A DNA stretch of 64,000 nucleotides from assembly GCA_002633005.1 (NCBI GenBank), contig NMRA01000400.1:1-64000 (forward strand). The letters run 5' to 3'. Position 1 is the stretch's first letter; every line of letters begins with the position of its first letter. Below, piece by piece: positions 12,200 through 25,085 of the stretch. The position numbers and the translations under genes are program-made. The stretch comes from Phoronis australis. Taxonomy: Eukaryota > Animalia > Phoronida. Below the pieces are notes generated by a model that saw only the letters and a program-made list of their open reading frames with translations, did not search any database and was not told where the DNA came from.

Positions 12200-13064
12200 G
12201 TAGAATAGCGTGTACAGCTGTATGCTTGTTTTTTCTATACCTCTTCAAAGGAGCAATTGGGGATTTTGTCGTTCAACCAATAAGTTGTAAAATGACCAGA
12301 GTCTAATAATTCACCGCGGTAGACAATCACTGCCACAAGGGAGTAGGACTCGGCAGAGCTTGTGCAGTTGAAAGTGCGGCTCTTTGGTCGAAGAATGATC
12401 TTCTTATAAAACATACAAGCAACTGTAACTTTTTCAGTGCGTTTCATAGTTTGGTAGATTCTCTGCACATGGAAGATGAAGACATGAGGTGACGATATCA
12501 TGGACCTGTGGTTGTTGAACTGCTTGACCGAACTTTCAGATGACATGTTTTAGAGGTTTTATCAGTCAATCGTTTAATTCTGGTGAAGTTGTCCATCGAT
12601 TCAGAGATGAAAGGTACTTGCCTAGGTCCATTATCATGATGTATAGCTGATCCGAAAATGGTAATGTGATGGTGAGCAAAGGATTTACAATGTACCGGGC
12701 GTTGCCACTCTGAAACACGATACCTGTACTGGCGACAATCCTTGAGATTGGTCAGTGATGGTAGAGTCTTTCTTTTCCATTTCCACACTGTTCAGTAGAT
12801 CACAATAGAATTTGTGGCAGTCCTCTTGCATTCCAATCGTTGGTAATGTTCTTGAATTGCACAAATCAGCTTTTGAGGGCTCTTTTTTGATTTAGAAGGT
12901 CTGTTTTTGTACTCGAAGAGTTCCGATATTTCTTTCAGTATTGGGATTGTCTTTGTTTCACGGACGTTGTTTTTGAAGCCTAGTACATTTCTAAGAGGCG
13001 GTAGCTCTGAGTTGGCAAAGCACAAGTTGTCAAGATTGTAGAGTATCAATATGAAAAAGTACAA
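12200..13064 (-). pseudogene. Intronless, frameshifted USP (peptidase C19)-like domain
   Basis: Cys-box-like YNLDNLCFANS and His-box-like YSLVAVIVYRGELLDSGHFTTY, in the correct order on the same strand. Confidence 0.7.
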
Positions 13065-16000
13065 AGAACCGGTGTTGAGATGGTTATCTCAGAGAACACG
13101 AGAAGCGAAATTCGAATGGTGTACGGAAAAATACAACTTCATAGGATACCATTATTTGAGATTGACTATTCTTACTGGCCTGGACAAAGGCACATAAATA
13201 TCTTGCTGGTCAAGCCTCTAACGAGATGTTCATTATGAAGCACCATATGTGAAAGTTTCAAGGTCTACCTTTTGCAATAGATCGACAGGAAAATCGTCCC
13301 AGTTCTTAATTACGGTGAAGAGATCTGTGACGCCTGCTTTCATCGCGGGAAACTTGTGGAAGTTGTTCAAAATAAGTATTGTAACTTCTTACTCAAACTA
13401 GGAAAGAATGTGCCAAATGTGGCAGCAAGGGGGAATTTGGAAGACGCACAATGCGTTCTCAGAGACAATGCAATACAATGAAATATCGGTAACCGAAGAC
13501 GAGGCCAGATATATTACATAGACATATAAATTTCAATATTAAATGACAGAGAACAACAAAGATTTTGGTGGACTTTGGGGAAGTGTGATTCAACCAAAGT
13601 GTGGGAAAATAAGACTCGTCTGTATTTCTTGAGGCTTTTAAGCAGCCTTGTGTTGACGTTGATAATCAAAGCTGGCTTAAGGATGTATTATCAACAAGTA
13701 AATTTAGTATGTACGCACGTTTTAAGAAACAAAACTGTCAGGGAGATGTGTGTTAGAGCAATACACGAGTCTGTGAATGCGCGAGAAGGAGAGACAGTTG
13801 GGAATTATACAGGTCAAAGAACGTGTACTTTTGTAAAGGAAATGCTTTAGAGTACGACCTTGAATTTTTGTTGGAATGTACAATGTATAAAGATTTACGA
13901 AACCTGGTTTTACTAAATGTTGGACGCGCTTTGGCACTGTAACAGAGCTGCGAATTATTGCCAATTTTTGTTGAGGGTTGATCAAGGTTAGAGATCGTAC
14001 AAAGTGCCTACAATTTTATTGAAATTGTTAAAGAGGTCAGTGACCTGTTTTCTTTGACCAAATACATATCTGTAGTATTCATAGGGCCGTCCCGGATTAC
14101 ACGACGACAGAACTCTCTTTCGTTCCGGAGAAAAGACAGCGCGTGACCTCATTTTGGAAATCAGACACATTTTTGTGTCTCTAATTGATGTCGGGAAGGC
14201 GTCACACATCAACGGGTATTCATTCAGTTTAGGGCCTATCAGACTTTCTCACGTCGGAGTTGCAGCCCAAAGTACATAGTACTACTTCGTTGACATTGGA
14301 AGCATGATTAGAATAATGCCACTGAGACTGAAAAAAACTGTAAAGTATCAGAAAACAAAAACAATTCTTAAAACTCCAATGGCACGAACACGAGGCAGCA
14401 AATGTACCTGACGGATGTTAACGGTATTGTGGGTAATTACAGCGAGATCTGTGTGTCACTGTGTAATCCTGGACGGCCCTGTTGGTGTAGAAGAAAAAAC
14501 AAATTGTTACAAGCCACTTTTCTGTGAATTTGTTTCCCTGATTACAGTGTGTAAGTATTTGAATGTGACTGTCGTTACCTTTGGGACGACCCTGTACTTG
14601 TACATGTACAAACGTCATCTGTGGAAACGAAACAGAAAGCAATTTAAACAACCCATCGGTCAATGCATCGCAGTCAAACTGACCAGAGACACACATGTTT
14701 TTTATTATGAGTTTAAGAAATGTGTCACTTCACATGACACAGTCGGGGAGAGAAATGTTTTATTGAGACCTGTCCAGAAATTTTGTATGTGGTGCTTAGA
14801 CTTGAGTCTCAGTTGTGTTACATACAGAATGGTGCGATTCTGCCCCTGGACAGGTTCGCTCACTCCCATGATTTCAAATATTGTGCAAACCCAAGTACCT
14901 TTCCGCTGCAGAAGTTGCATGATTGCTTCCAGGCCAATGACATTAAAAAAGAAGTCTTAAAAATGTTCTGTCGATTCAGGAAATAACGCTTTTACATGAG
15001 CAAGTAACATTTGATCGTATCGTGGCGTGTTTTTTCGCTGTAATATCTACAGGTTCAAGCTCAATATTTTACTAGTGGAATTTGTTAACGGGGTGAGTCA
15101 AACACAGGATTGCGTGACATCGTCCCGAAAATGTCCAACCACAGTTGCAAAACAGAGTAACCAACCAGTAATTCAAAGTTAACTGTTTTCTTGGACACCT
15201 CTTTAGTTTATACCGAAGTTCATTGTTACCCGTAGTGGAGTGTTACGCTTTCTGATGCTTATTTACATTTTTTTGTAATTTAGATTATGTTTAAACTTTT
15301 CAGTTCTTTAGATAAGGTAATTTTTGTTAAATAAATAACAAATGGTCCAATTGATTTGCGAATTTCTTTCAATTATACTATATCCTCACCAAGGACGGGG
15401 TGAACTGGTTACGGGGGTCAAGTTTTTCCTATTGAATTCAACACTTCATAAGTGAAAATACGTCAACAATTTACTTCGCGCATTCTTTGAATGTTTGTCA
15501 TAAGTAAGCCACTTAAGTAGATTTAAAACCCATGACATTCTATACACCTTCCACCCTACGACAAGTTTAAGGCGTTAAACTTGCTCCACTCTCCTATACA
15601 CGTAACCTTTCTCAATAGATCAAGTTAGCGCTTTGGCCATACTTGTCTCAGAAAAAAATGCGAACGGAAAAACTGAAACCGCGTGAGCCAAAAATTGAGA
15701 AGTTGTGTGTGACTTTTCACTGAAACCAGGTGTGCCAACAATATGTGATCTTTGGAAAAGATTATGTCTTTCGAGGGCTAGAAGACATTTTCGCAAGCTC
15801 CCTTATCACAATTGGCTGTGATGAAGCAAAAGATTATTCTCCAAATGTTTGATAAACTACAATATCCCACTTGGCAATTTCCACCTGGTCTGCCACTAGG
15901 TGTCTCCGTGTTTGTTGTTTTATAAAAATCATACTTGCGCGAAAATCCACGCACTCATTAGGCTGTGTACCAACTTAGCCCGAATGTTTTTCGAGTGCTG

Positions 16001-16750
16001 GGCAGACTGACAGCAGATTATTTTACTGCTAATTATCCAGTTTGACAGTTGATGAGTCACCTTACATAAGGTAACTTTCAGTAATATATCCGTTTGCTCA
16101 TAGCAACATTTCTTGCATGAGGTGGTTGTGATGTGTGCCAACGTCGACCATATGCATGTACTGGAAGCACTCCGGCAATGTTATTGTTATTGTTTTGTTA
16201 TGAGTTACACTAATTTCTCAGAAAAAGTCGTCGAGTCAATAGCCGTGCTTGCGTGCGTCAATAAAACCTTTTATTTGATACTTGATGAATTTCTTACCGA
16301 TGTTTTTAAAACCAGGTAAATAAGTTCTACATCAGAGTCTACAAACTTGATTGTATCGATTACTGACACGGAGTTAGCATAGAACAATAGCGGACAATCG
16401 TTGGATTAATATGTAAGTATGCATTTGAAGTAAATTGAAAAAATCGCCTCTTTACTTGATATCGATTTGGTAGAAATATAAACACGGTCGGTCTCTTTCT
16501 GTCGCGAAGTGAAATCAATACGCCAACTGCGCTTTACATATTCGCTGCATTTCTACGGTAGTTCTTCGTCGTTTTTGACATTTTAACGCGAATTTAGTTT
16601 CCCGATATTCAGCTTTCACCAGCATTGCTGGACCATCGCCGTACATCGTGGAATTCGTATTTCCATAAGCTCGTGTGCTTGGAAGACCTAGTTTACTGTA
16701 ACTGGTTACGCTTTCCCTGAAAGGTGAGTTCAACTGTAGTTACTGTACGA
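12200..16750 (-). mobile_element. Heavily decayed MULE/Rehavkus(NOF)-like transposase region with PHD, Ulp1-like and USP cargo domains
   Basis: Ordered minus-strand remnants: VYI-STKSI, LLFYA, FIDAS, LPECFQ..NHLMQ (core-like); VTCSCK..IGL..WVCT (PHD-like); FPQM..HIQILTH..SGTFAA (Ulp1-like); then the USP boxes. No termini found. Confidence 0.4.
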
Positions 16751-19620
16751 TCCTCACTTTCTAAGCTCTATTCTTTTACTAAAAATGACCGCCACTTATT
16801 CCTTTCAAACGGCAATTCTAGCTACCAGGTTTGTCTCGCAAAAATAATGCAACGTCCTTTCTACAAGGCATACGGGCAATGAATGTTGGATTTACTATTA
16901 TGATAAGAAAAATTGTAGGGTAACTCAAGTATTTCCCCGTTACATGTTAAACCAAAGAGGTCATATCATTCTAGCTGTCTTTTTGTCGGGTTTCACCTGT
17001 CGTTTTTTTCTCGGTTATTTTCAACGATTGCACAAGTTGCGTTATTCTGAGGGTGCAACCTTTTTGTCTGCACTAAAAACATAAGGTGACACGACCTCTT
17101 AAACAAAATGCTGCTTTTTGAAGACGGGTTTCAAGCCGACGTAGCATATTTCAGACTCAAATTAATGTCAATTGAATGCAGAAGCACGTGCAACTTGTGT
17201 TGAAGCAGTCAGTGAACTTGATTCCGTTCATTCGTTTAACGTGTATTATTAGTAGCAGCGCTAAGACCACGTATTTAAAACCAAAGCACATGGTTCCGTC
17301 TCAAAACAAATAGCGATTTTCAAAGTTAGTGCTGCATAGGTTGTCCTAGTTCAAAAGCATTTTTTACTTTCATGTGACGAAATTAAAAATCAAGACCCGA
17401 GGTCTGATAGCAGTACTTGAAATTGAACTTTGAATTAATTTCGACGTTTTCCCGCTTGTTATTCATTCATATAGGCCTATACGACCACAAGATAAGATTT
17501 TTTTGTGTGTTCAACAAAAGTTTGCTCTTGACTGATGAACCCTAGATTTGAGCTATAAACTCGAGCAAAAACTCCACGATGTATTAGAAAATTTTCGCCT
17601 TGAACAGATCATTCAGCCCTTTGGGAAGTGTACGGTCATGTTGCACACTCATGGTTGCCGTATGTGATTTTAGTTTTTTGGTCTGCATAGACAGCGGTCG
17701 GGTCCAATTATCCTGGGGCTTCAAAATGGGACATGCTCTCTATCTCAACTGAAATATAATGTAGCAAACTACGTCATTTTAACTCGAAAAGACGCATTTC
17801 AAAGCATGCCTTCAGACTTAACCCTCCGACTAGTCATAAACGACAGTCGTCAATGAAGTCGTTCGCGGCACGTAAAAAAAGTGCTAAAGTGCTACTTTTC
17901 GGTTCTGAGAGTGAGGGTCTCAACATAGACTATTCTTCACAGGTTGATCACATTTACATTTATAGTTACACCGGAATTTGACAATTCCATACCAAATGTA
18001 GTAGTAATACACTTTATTCACTTTAAGTCAAAAAACAAAAAATACAGTTGATACAGATTTACGCTTATGGAGACTCCGTGAAGGACCCGTAAGACTCCGT
18101 GAAGGACCATTTAGACTAATAGCTGTTGAATAAGAAAATTCGATGACGTAATGTTATTCAAAGTGTGTCCAGATTTTCTCGTTAGGATGCATGTGGAAAG
18201 ATGATCCCTTTCACTACTACTATTCCAGTGAAGCGTAGTCCGGCAGTTTGAAACATAAACATTTCCAGACAGGCGGCTTAACGTCAATATTATGGGCTCT
18301 CGGGCACCGTAGTAATTACTGGCCGTGGGCCACTGAAGATTAATAGCAATAAAAACGTAAATTGTGGACTAAGGAGTACATGTGTATTTAGTGATAGGCT
18401 ACCGTTACGCCATCAACAGTGCGCATGAATAATTGACGAAAACGGTTCAAAGTGTGAACAATATTAATTAATGGAGTGCTTTTCAAAATACAAGTTAAGC
18501 AAGGAAATGACAATCAGACGATAGGGCCACGAACCATGTTATTGGACATGTCTTCCCTAGAATTCGTCAAAGACAAGTTTTGTTAAGGGGCACAGAATAG
18601 TCCTCACTGGGGTTTGCACACGTCAATGGACTCGTCATCTTTTCTTTATTCTGTTGAAATATGTATGAAAAGAATGAAAAGTTTTGAGTCATTTCATATC
18701 ACAAGCCCTACAGATGAGCACAAAAACTTTATTCTCTCTTGTATTTTTGACCCTTTCACTCCTACTGAAGAGCAAGGTGGACTGAACAAAGGGACAAAAA
18801 CACAAAATCGGCTCTTTTCATTCCAAAACCACCACTTACCTGCCGATGCACGACATAAGTCAACATTAGATTCTAAAAACAAAATTTCCTACAGATTCAA
18901 AAGGTGTGATTTAAAAGTACCCTCAACCAACTATTTTTTTTTGCTATCCTGGCTTGCTTGAGGGCTACCTGAAATTGCAGCCAATTTCTCAGTCGTTACC
19001 CAGCAACCCACAAATGAAACAAGGGGTCGCCATCTTGAAGAAGAGTGCAGCTAGAAGTCTTTTCTCATTCTCAGACTGTTCACACACAAAAACAAACCAC
19101 ATTCGATGAGCCTAAAAACTGCCCCCAAGCCTGGCCTACCCTAGATTTTAATATTTTTAAGACTGCAAATTGGCCGCGGCCTAAGCCTAACTGTTCAGTG
19201 CCACCTTAGAAGATTTGGTATATAGTGACTTTCGGCTAGTGGGTTATAAGCATAGATCGTGCATTAAAGACACTTGTTTGAATACAACGTTGATATGACA
19301 TAACAAGATTTGTTTATTTCTTGTAACAAACCACGGATGCGAAAATGGCACAGTGTTAACTAAATTGCCTTTTTAGTAAATTAGTGATCCGACTGCAGCG
19401 ACGGGTACTTTGCTAATTCTTTCTACTCGGATTACACTTGGAACATCCGGTTTAGTCTATGGCGAAATCCACAGTTTTGATTACGTTTTCTGGTTTATGC
19501 TGTGATCAGAATAGAGCCCAAATAGTTTCAAAAACGTTTGCATTTTAGTGAGTCAGACGATTTATCCGCGAAGGGGTTGTATTCGTCAACAGTGTCTCTC
19601 ACCACCCGCGTCGCTATTAA

Positions 19621-21549
19621 GGTAGGTGTATACACTGGTCAAATCTCCAGGTTCCTAACTAAAATGAGTGAAAAGAGAGTTTTAACTAGTTAGACATGAC
19701 TCTGAAAGTGACAAAAATCGAAAAAAAAGCTTTTTTTGAAGTTCTTTTTTTAAAAATCGTATTTTTTTTTAATTTTCAAAAAATCCAATTTTACCTCGAA
19801 TTGTTTTTCAAAATGCACAGGGATCATCATCAACTGTTTCCTTACGCAATATTCTACTTATCCATACCAAATACATGTACAAAATCATTATAATCTTGAT
19901 TTTGTGGCATTTTTTGTGTGTGAGTTGGGGCAAGCACGCCACTTTTTGTCATTTGGTCACTTTCCGTCTAATAACTAAAAATCTGGACCATGTATCAAAA
20001 AACCCTGGCACGCGATTTTACTTCAGTCCAAGAGGATTTCAAATTTGCAAATTTCGTAAAAACTGACCTACGTGTTGTGGAAAAATATGCCAGAGAATCT
20101 TGTCGCTATCATGAAATCACGAGCCGAGAAAAACGGCTTTGAAGTTAAGCGGTCATCGATTGCCACTTGAGATCAAATTTCGTTCCGAATGCGTGGTCAT
20201 GATGTTCCAATTTTTGTTGAAGTACTAGAAATAAAGCTGATATTTACTTCATGTTTAGAAAATGTGACATACCTGTTTGTTTACAGCGTAATTTTAATCA
20301 TTTTTTCGAACAAATATGGATGTCACGCGGGCGGAGCTTAGCGTTGATCTATTGTCTGCTGTACTGGTGTGCCGACTGCACATTAAAACCATGTGTTGAT
20401 TGTTATACGATTCATCTGAACTCTCCACTCAGTGTCGTAAAAGACTCTCTAACTATATTACACAGACCTATTTGTTAGTATTCCAATATTATCATCAACC
20501 AATATATGTGTTATATCAAATCGTCGCGTTACTGTCTACATAACAATATTGGCGACGAGGATAAAGAACTACTTTCATGGTAATGGTTCAACATTTTTAC
20601 TTGCCTGTACCGAATGGACTTTGGGATAAGAAAATATCACTTTCTGCGCAAATAGTGTCGCTTGGGTGAGATTCTCAAGTTACCAAAGTTTCTTATATTG
20701 CTTTCCTCTATAATCGTATAATATCATGAGTTTTAATTCAGGGTTACGTTTGAATCTATGCACTAGAAAAATTTTGTTATGTTGAACACTGGGTCATTTC
20801 TCTAATTCTTTGGGTTACGGCCAGTGGCAAGTTAGAAAATCCTCTGGGTTTGACAGCCTAGTTTCTCCACGTTGCGTTCCCAGCACAGAAGCACGGTTTA
20901 TCTGCAAAGACTCTACTCTGACGGCATGTAGTTGTCCATGTGTCGCGCGCGAGGCTTGTCTTCACAGCGCGTGCATGCACTCTCACCGAATCGTGCAACA
21001 CCACCCACGTCGACGCTCAGCGTCCTCTCGCAAGACACCTCACCTCACCGACTTCTCTTATACACGCACAATTTCTGCACTGACTCCTCAAGCTGAGTTC
21101 AGTGATGGCTTCGGTAGGACTTAGCGTACTCAACTTTTTTGCAGAAAAACAAACAGGCTCAGGCTCGGAACAGGAGCTAGTTCACAATTTCACTACCAAC
21201 TTTCACATGGTCAAAAATAGAATTATTTTATTCTTGGTCTTGCTACAACATCAATATCAGCTGGTACAGCACTCTCGATTGCCCGGTTACGCAATGTTTG
21301 TTGACAGGGTTAGATTAGAGCTAGTGTCCTTGTATATAAGCTCCGCCCCAGTTGTCAGTCACTGAGCTGGTGAGCACTCAAGCCACATGACTTACTGAGG
21401 CTTGGTCAAATATAGCTAAAAAAACAACTTTGGATTTTCAGAATGATTTTATTTTTCTTCAGTATACTGTGCATCAAGAATTAAAGATTAGGATGACATA
21501 AAAATGTAAAAACAGTCAAAATTAATTTTTTTTTGTGTATCCACTTACC
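19621..21549. mobile_element. Non-autonomous Kolobok-type DNA transposon (1929 bp)
   Basis: TTAA at 19617-19620 and 21550-21553; TIR ggtaggtgtatacac / gtgtatccacttacc (13/15 match). Confidence 0.8.
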
Positions 21550-23363
21550 TTAAGAGAAAATTCATCAGCCTCTGCCATAAATTGATTGATATCACAATAA
21601 AACATAGGCCTCTCACTCTTGCCCTTATGTGCCCTTTGAAGTAAGCTGTCTTGCTATCGTGGAAAGTGCTAACAAAAACGCCAGCACTTTTGGAGTAATT
21701 CAACCACCACCAAAACGCCAGCGTTTTATCCAGCAAGTGACCCGGGTACTGGTGTCAAGCCGAAGCGTGTTTCGGCTTGACAAGGGTAGGAGGACCATTT
21801 GCTGAATGGTTTGCACAGATGGTAACATAACTTCTATGTGTCCCGTACGGCAGATGCTCTTTGTGAACAAGTTGCAAAAACTCATCTAATAGTCGGCATT
21901 TGCAAACTTTACGTGTAGCGAGTGCGCACTTAAGCTATGTCTCGGACATTGTTGGCCTCAAATTGCATTTACTTCAATTTTAAACAAATCTGGTCGTTAC
22001 AATCAGATTAAAAAACCGTCGTAACATAAATCCAGTGTTTGAAATTTTGGAATGCCAATTTTGTTAAATTAAGTTGAAACCCGAAAGTGTTCCACGTCGA
22101 AAAGGTATGATTAGCTTCAACTGGATTTCCACTCACTGTTTTAAGTTTCCATGAAACCATATCTCTTCCAAAACATTAAAACCAGTTTTAAACAAAATGT
22201 TTAAGAGTCATTGTGGAATGTTGTCAAGAGCGTCTCAAACAGGAAAGGCAAATAGTGGCGATGTGGTATCCAAAAGCAAGAGGGGCAAATGAAAGAATGC
22301 CTTTGAAAGCTGAATCATACGGCCTTGTTGCTTTTATTTTTTGCACGAACGAATTTCTGGCGCACCCCAAAAGTGTTGCCCAAAGAGTGTTTGAAGTCCC
22401 AAAAAAGCGCCACTGGTCATCCTCTCCCTAAAAGGCCTTGCTAGAGAGGACCAGTGCCCCCTCGGCCCCCCGCCTTCCACACAGACACTGCAGCTTTCTA
22501 TGCCAGGAAAGGCATTTGTCGGAAAAGGATGTCACACTGACATTGTATCGTTACAAAATTGCCACAGTCTGAGCACGTAATTGTTCCTTATAGAAAGTTT
22601 GAACCTTTAAAGCCATTTTGATCGACATAACTTTCAAAATACAAATAACACCATGCATTTTTTAAATATCACGACAATGAATGTTGTGAGTGCAAGATTT
22701 GGGCCCTCGTTTTGTGATGGCACGCCTTTCGTTTTAGCTTAAAGGTACTCGTTGCCCATTAGTATATCCGGTGTGGTAGTTGAGAATATCCCTGTAGAAT
22801 TTGAATGCTAGAATGTGGGTCCGTTATTTAGTGAATTACTTGGATGCTCCATCTATGCTGGGATGACATATTACAGGGGCACATTCTTTACTTTTACACT
22901 GGCACCAAGCCCGTAAGGTTTTGGTAAAGAAGGCACTGTATCCAGTTAATTGTAAACAACATTGGGTGAGTCGCTACCATCGCTACCCCACTGAAAGTAT
23001 GCGACGCTTTTAACAAGCTCCTTTTTGCGGCGACACAACAGTAACAGGTCCCACCTCACAATGAAACTTTTCATGCAATGACCACCGGCACATATGGTCA
23101 CCCCATCAGTGCCGGTAGCGACTACTCACCGTACTGATTTTGTGGCACATAGACGGAGCCAGAGAGAGGCACAGGAAACTGTAAGAAAGACCAAAACGAG
23201 GCTGTAGCATATTGAAGAGGGAAAGAGTCGGTACATGGCTAGTGATGATGTGAACCTCTCCTTATGCCAGTCTCGTTTGCGTGAGTGTAGATTTCGTAAA
23301 CAATAACTGTGAGACGATAAAGACGTGTCTTACACTCATCAACTTCCAACAGCCCCCCCCCCC

Positions 23364-23395
23364 NNNNNNNNNNNNNNNNNNNNNNNNNNNNNNNN
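23364..23395. other. Assembly gap within a poly-C tract
   Basis: Run of N flanked by C homopolymers. Confidence 0.99.
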
Positions 23396-24959
23396 GCCCC
23401 CCCCCCCACTCGAACTCTGGATCCGCATATCGACCCACTGAAGTATCTGCTTCGTCTACCAGGAGAGTACTTCGATCGTCGAAGTTTAGTCCCCCCCGTC
23501 TTCACCACGGCCAACGCGCAGTACAGCATAAGCCTACCTGTGCATAGCAATGCAATTTCCCTTAAAAGGCAGATGCTTTTGGGGACGACAATTTTAGTCG
23601 CACTCGTCGCATATTGTCGCCCCTTGAAGGTGATAATGTGTGTCGATTGTGCCAATACAATTCAGCTTCGCTTTCAACGTGAGGTAACTAGACGGGCTTT
23701 GAGTTTAATTTTATGTGTTTCGCTTTTAGCAAGGACCCTGATACCGACGTTGACAATGCATGCAGTTTCTGCTGTTAAGATAGCATTTTTAATGAATTAT
23801 TGCCTTTCAGTTTATGAATAGCCGTATTCACAAAACCATCAATTTTAAACGTTTTGGCTAAAACGTTTTAAGATGCTCGTGTGAATGCAGCCACAATTAT
23901 ACAAAAACGTGCAATTCAGAGGTGCGATGTGACTGGAATTTATTATTTGTATTAATTGAACAGCTACTTGAAATCGGTAATTTTGTAAGCTTGGGATAAG
24001 TTGATTGCAGACATGCGGCTTGCATTTAGCACAGAATCGCAGCTCTTACGGGTTCTGTTCGGTAAAGTCGTTCCAGCTATTGTTATACAATGCATTGATT
24101 ATAACGCCATTTAGAAATGCCTGGCATAAACTGTTAAACTTTCAGTGTTTACCCAAACGTGGGGGTATAATTATGTTGCAATGAGATCAATATCTCTTTT
24201 TTCGCTTTTCAGAATTGCTTTGCGATTATTAGTTTAGAATTCCTGGGTTGAAAAATGGAACATATTAATTTGCTTCGATACTGTCTGTCTCGTGAAAGGT
24301 GATCGCAATGAAAAAATCGTGGTTAAACAAGCAGTAGTTGGATGCATAGTATTGATGAAATGTTTTAACATTATCTGATTGACTCCTTTCCGAAACGTCA
24401 CAAGTTTGAAAGCACATTAGTGCCCTAATATTATAATAATAGACGTTGAAATAAATGAGTGTTCATTGTTCATAAAACACCATTGAAGAAATGTCTTAAC
24501 TGCATTAGTAAAGTTTGATTTGTTTCAAATTTTCTGCAATCAATATTCCAAACACTCCAGCATTTTCAGTAAATTTAATTACGCTGAATCTATAGATGTC
24601 TCTGGTAAATTGCATTGCGTTCTTGAAGGGCCCAATCCCCCGGGCTTGATTACGCCGCAGTATTATTTCCTTGTGTAAATGTCAGCATTGAAAATCGATG
24701 ATATATTTTTTACAAGTTAGGTAAATAGAGTTATTTTCACTTCCGAAATTTACTATGACGGTTGTTAGGCGAGTGCACTCGACATTATTAATTGGTAATT
24801 AGGATAACTTATACATACATACATTGCTGTACCTGATATATACATATATACACATACAGGCACTCATGAATACATACTTACATACATACATACATACATC
24901 ACTATAATTTGGCGGTAATCTTTCTCGTATACAGATTTCATTGAAAACACGACTTTGAT

Positions 24960-25085
24960 CTGTTTTTACTAGTTTGGATTTTTATTGCACTGTTGTGATG
25001 TAAAGACAAGATCTCTATTTAGAGAGTTTGAAAGAACTGAAATTAAACTACTAAAAACCGATCAAAGTCGTGTCTTCAATGAAAT
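24960..25085 (+). mobile_element. Penelope-like element 5' ORF fragment embedded in ATAC microsatellite
   Basis: KTRSLFREFERTEIKLLKTDQSRVFNEI resembles the Penelope N-terminal R..E....K.......FN motif; (ATAC)n on both sides. Confidence 0.45.

Noticed and set aside
14415-14960. 181-aa plus-strand ORF
   Set aside because: It has no recognisable motif and lies antisense to the decayed minus-strand transposon domains.
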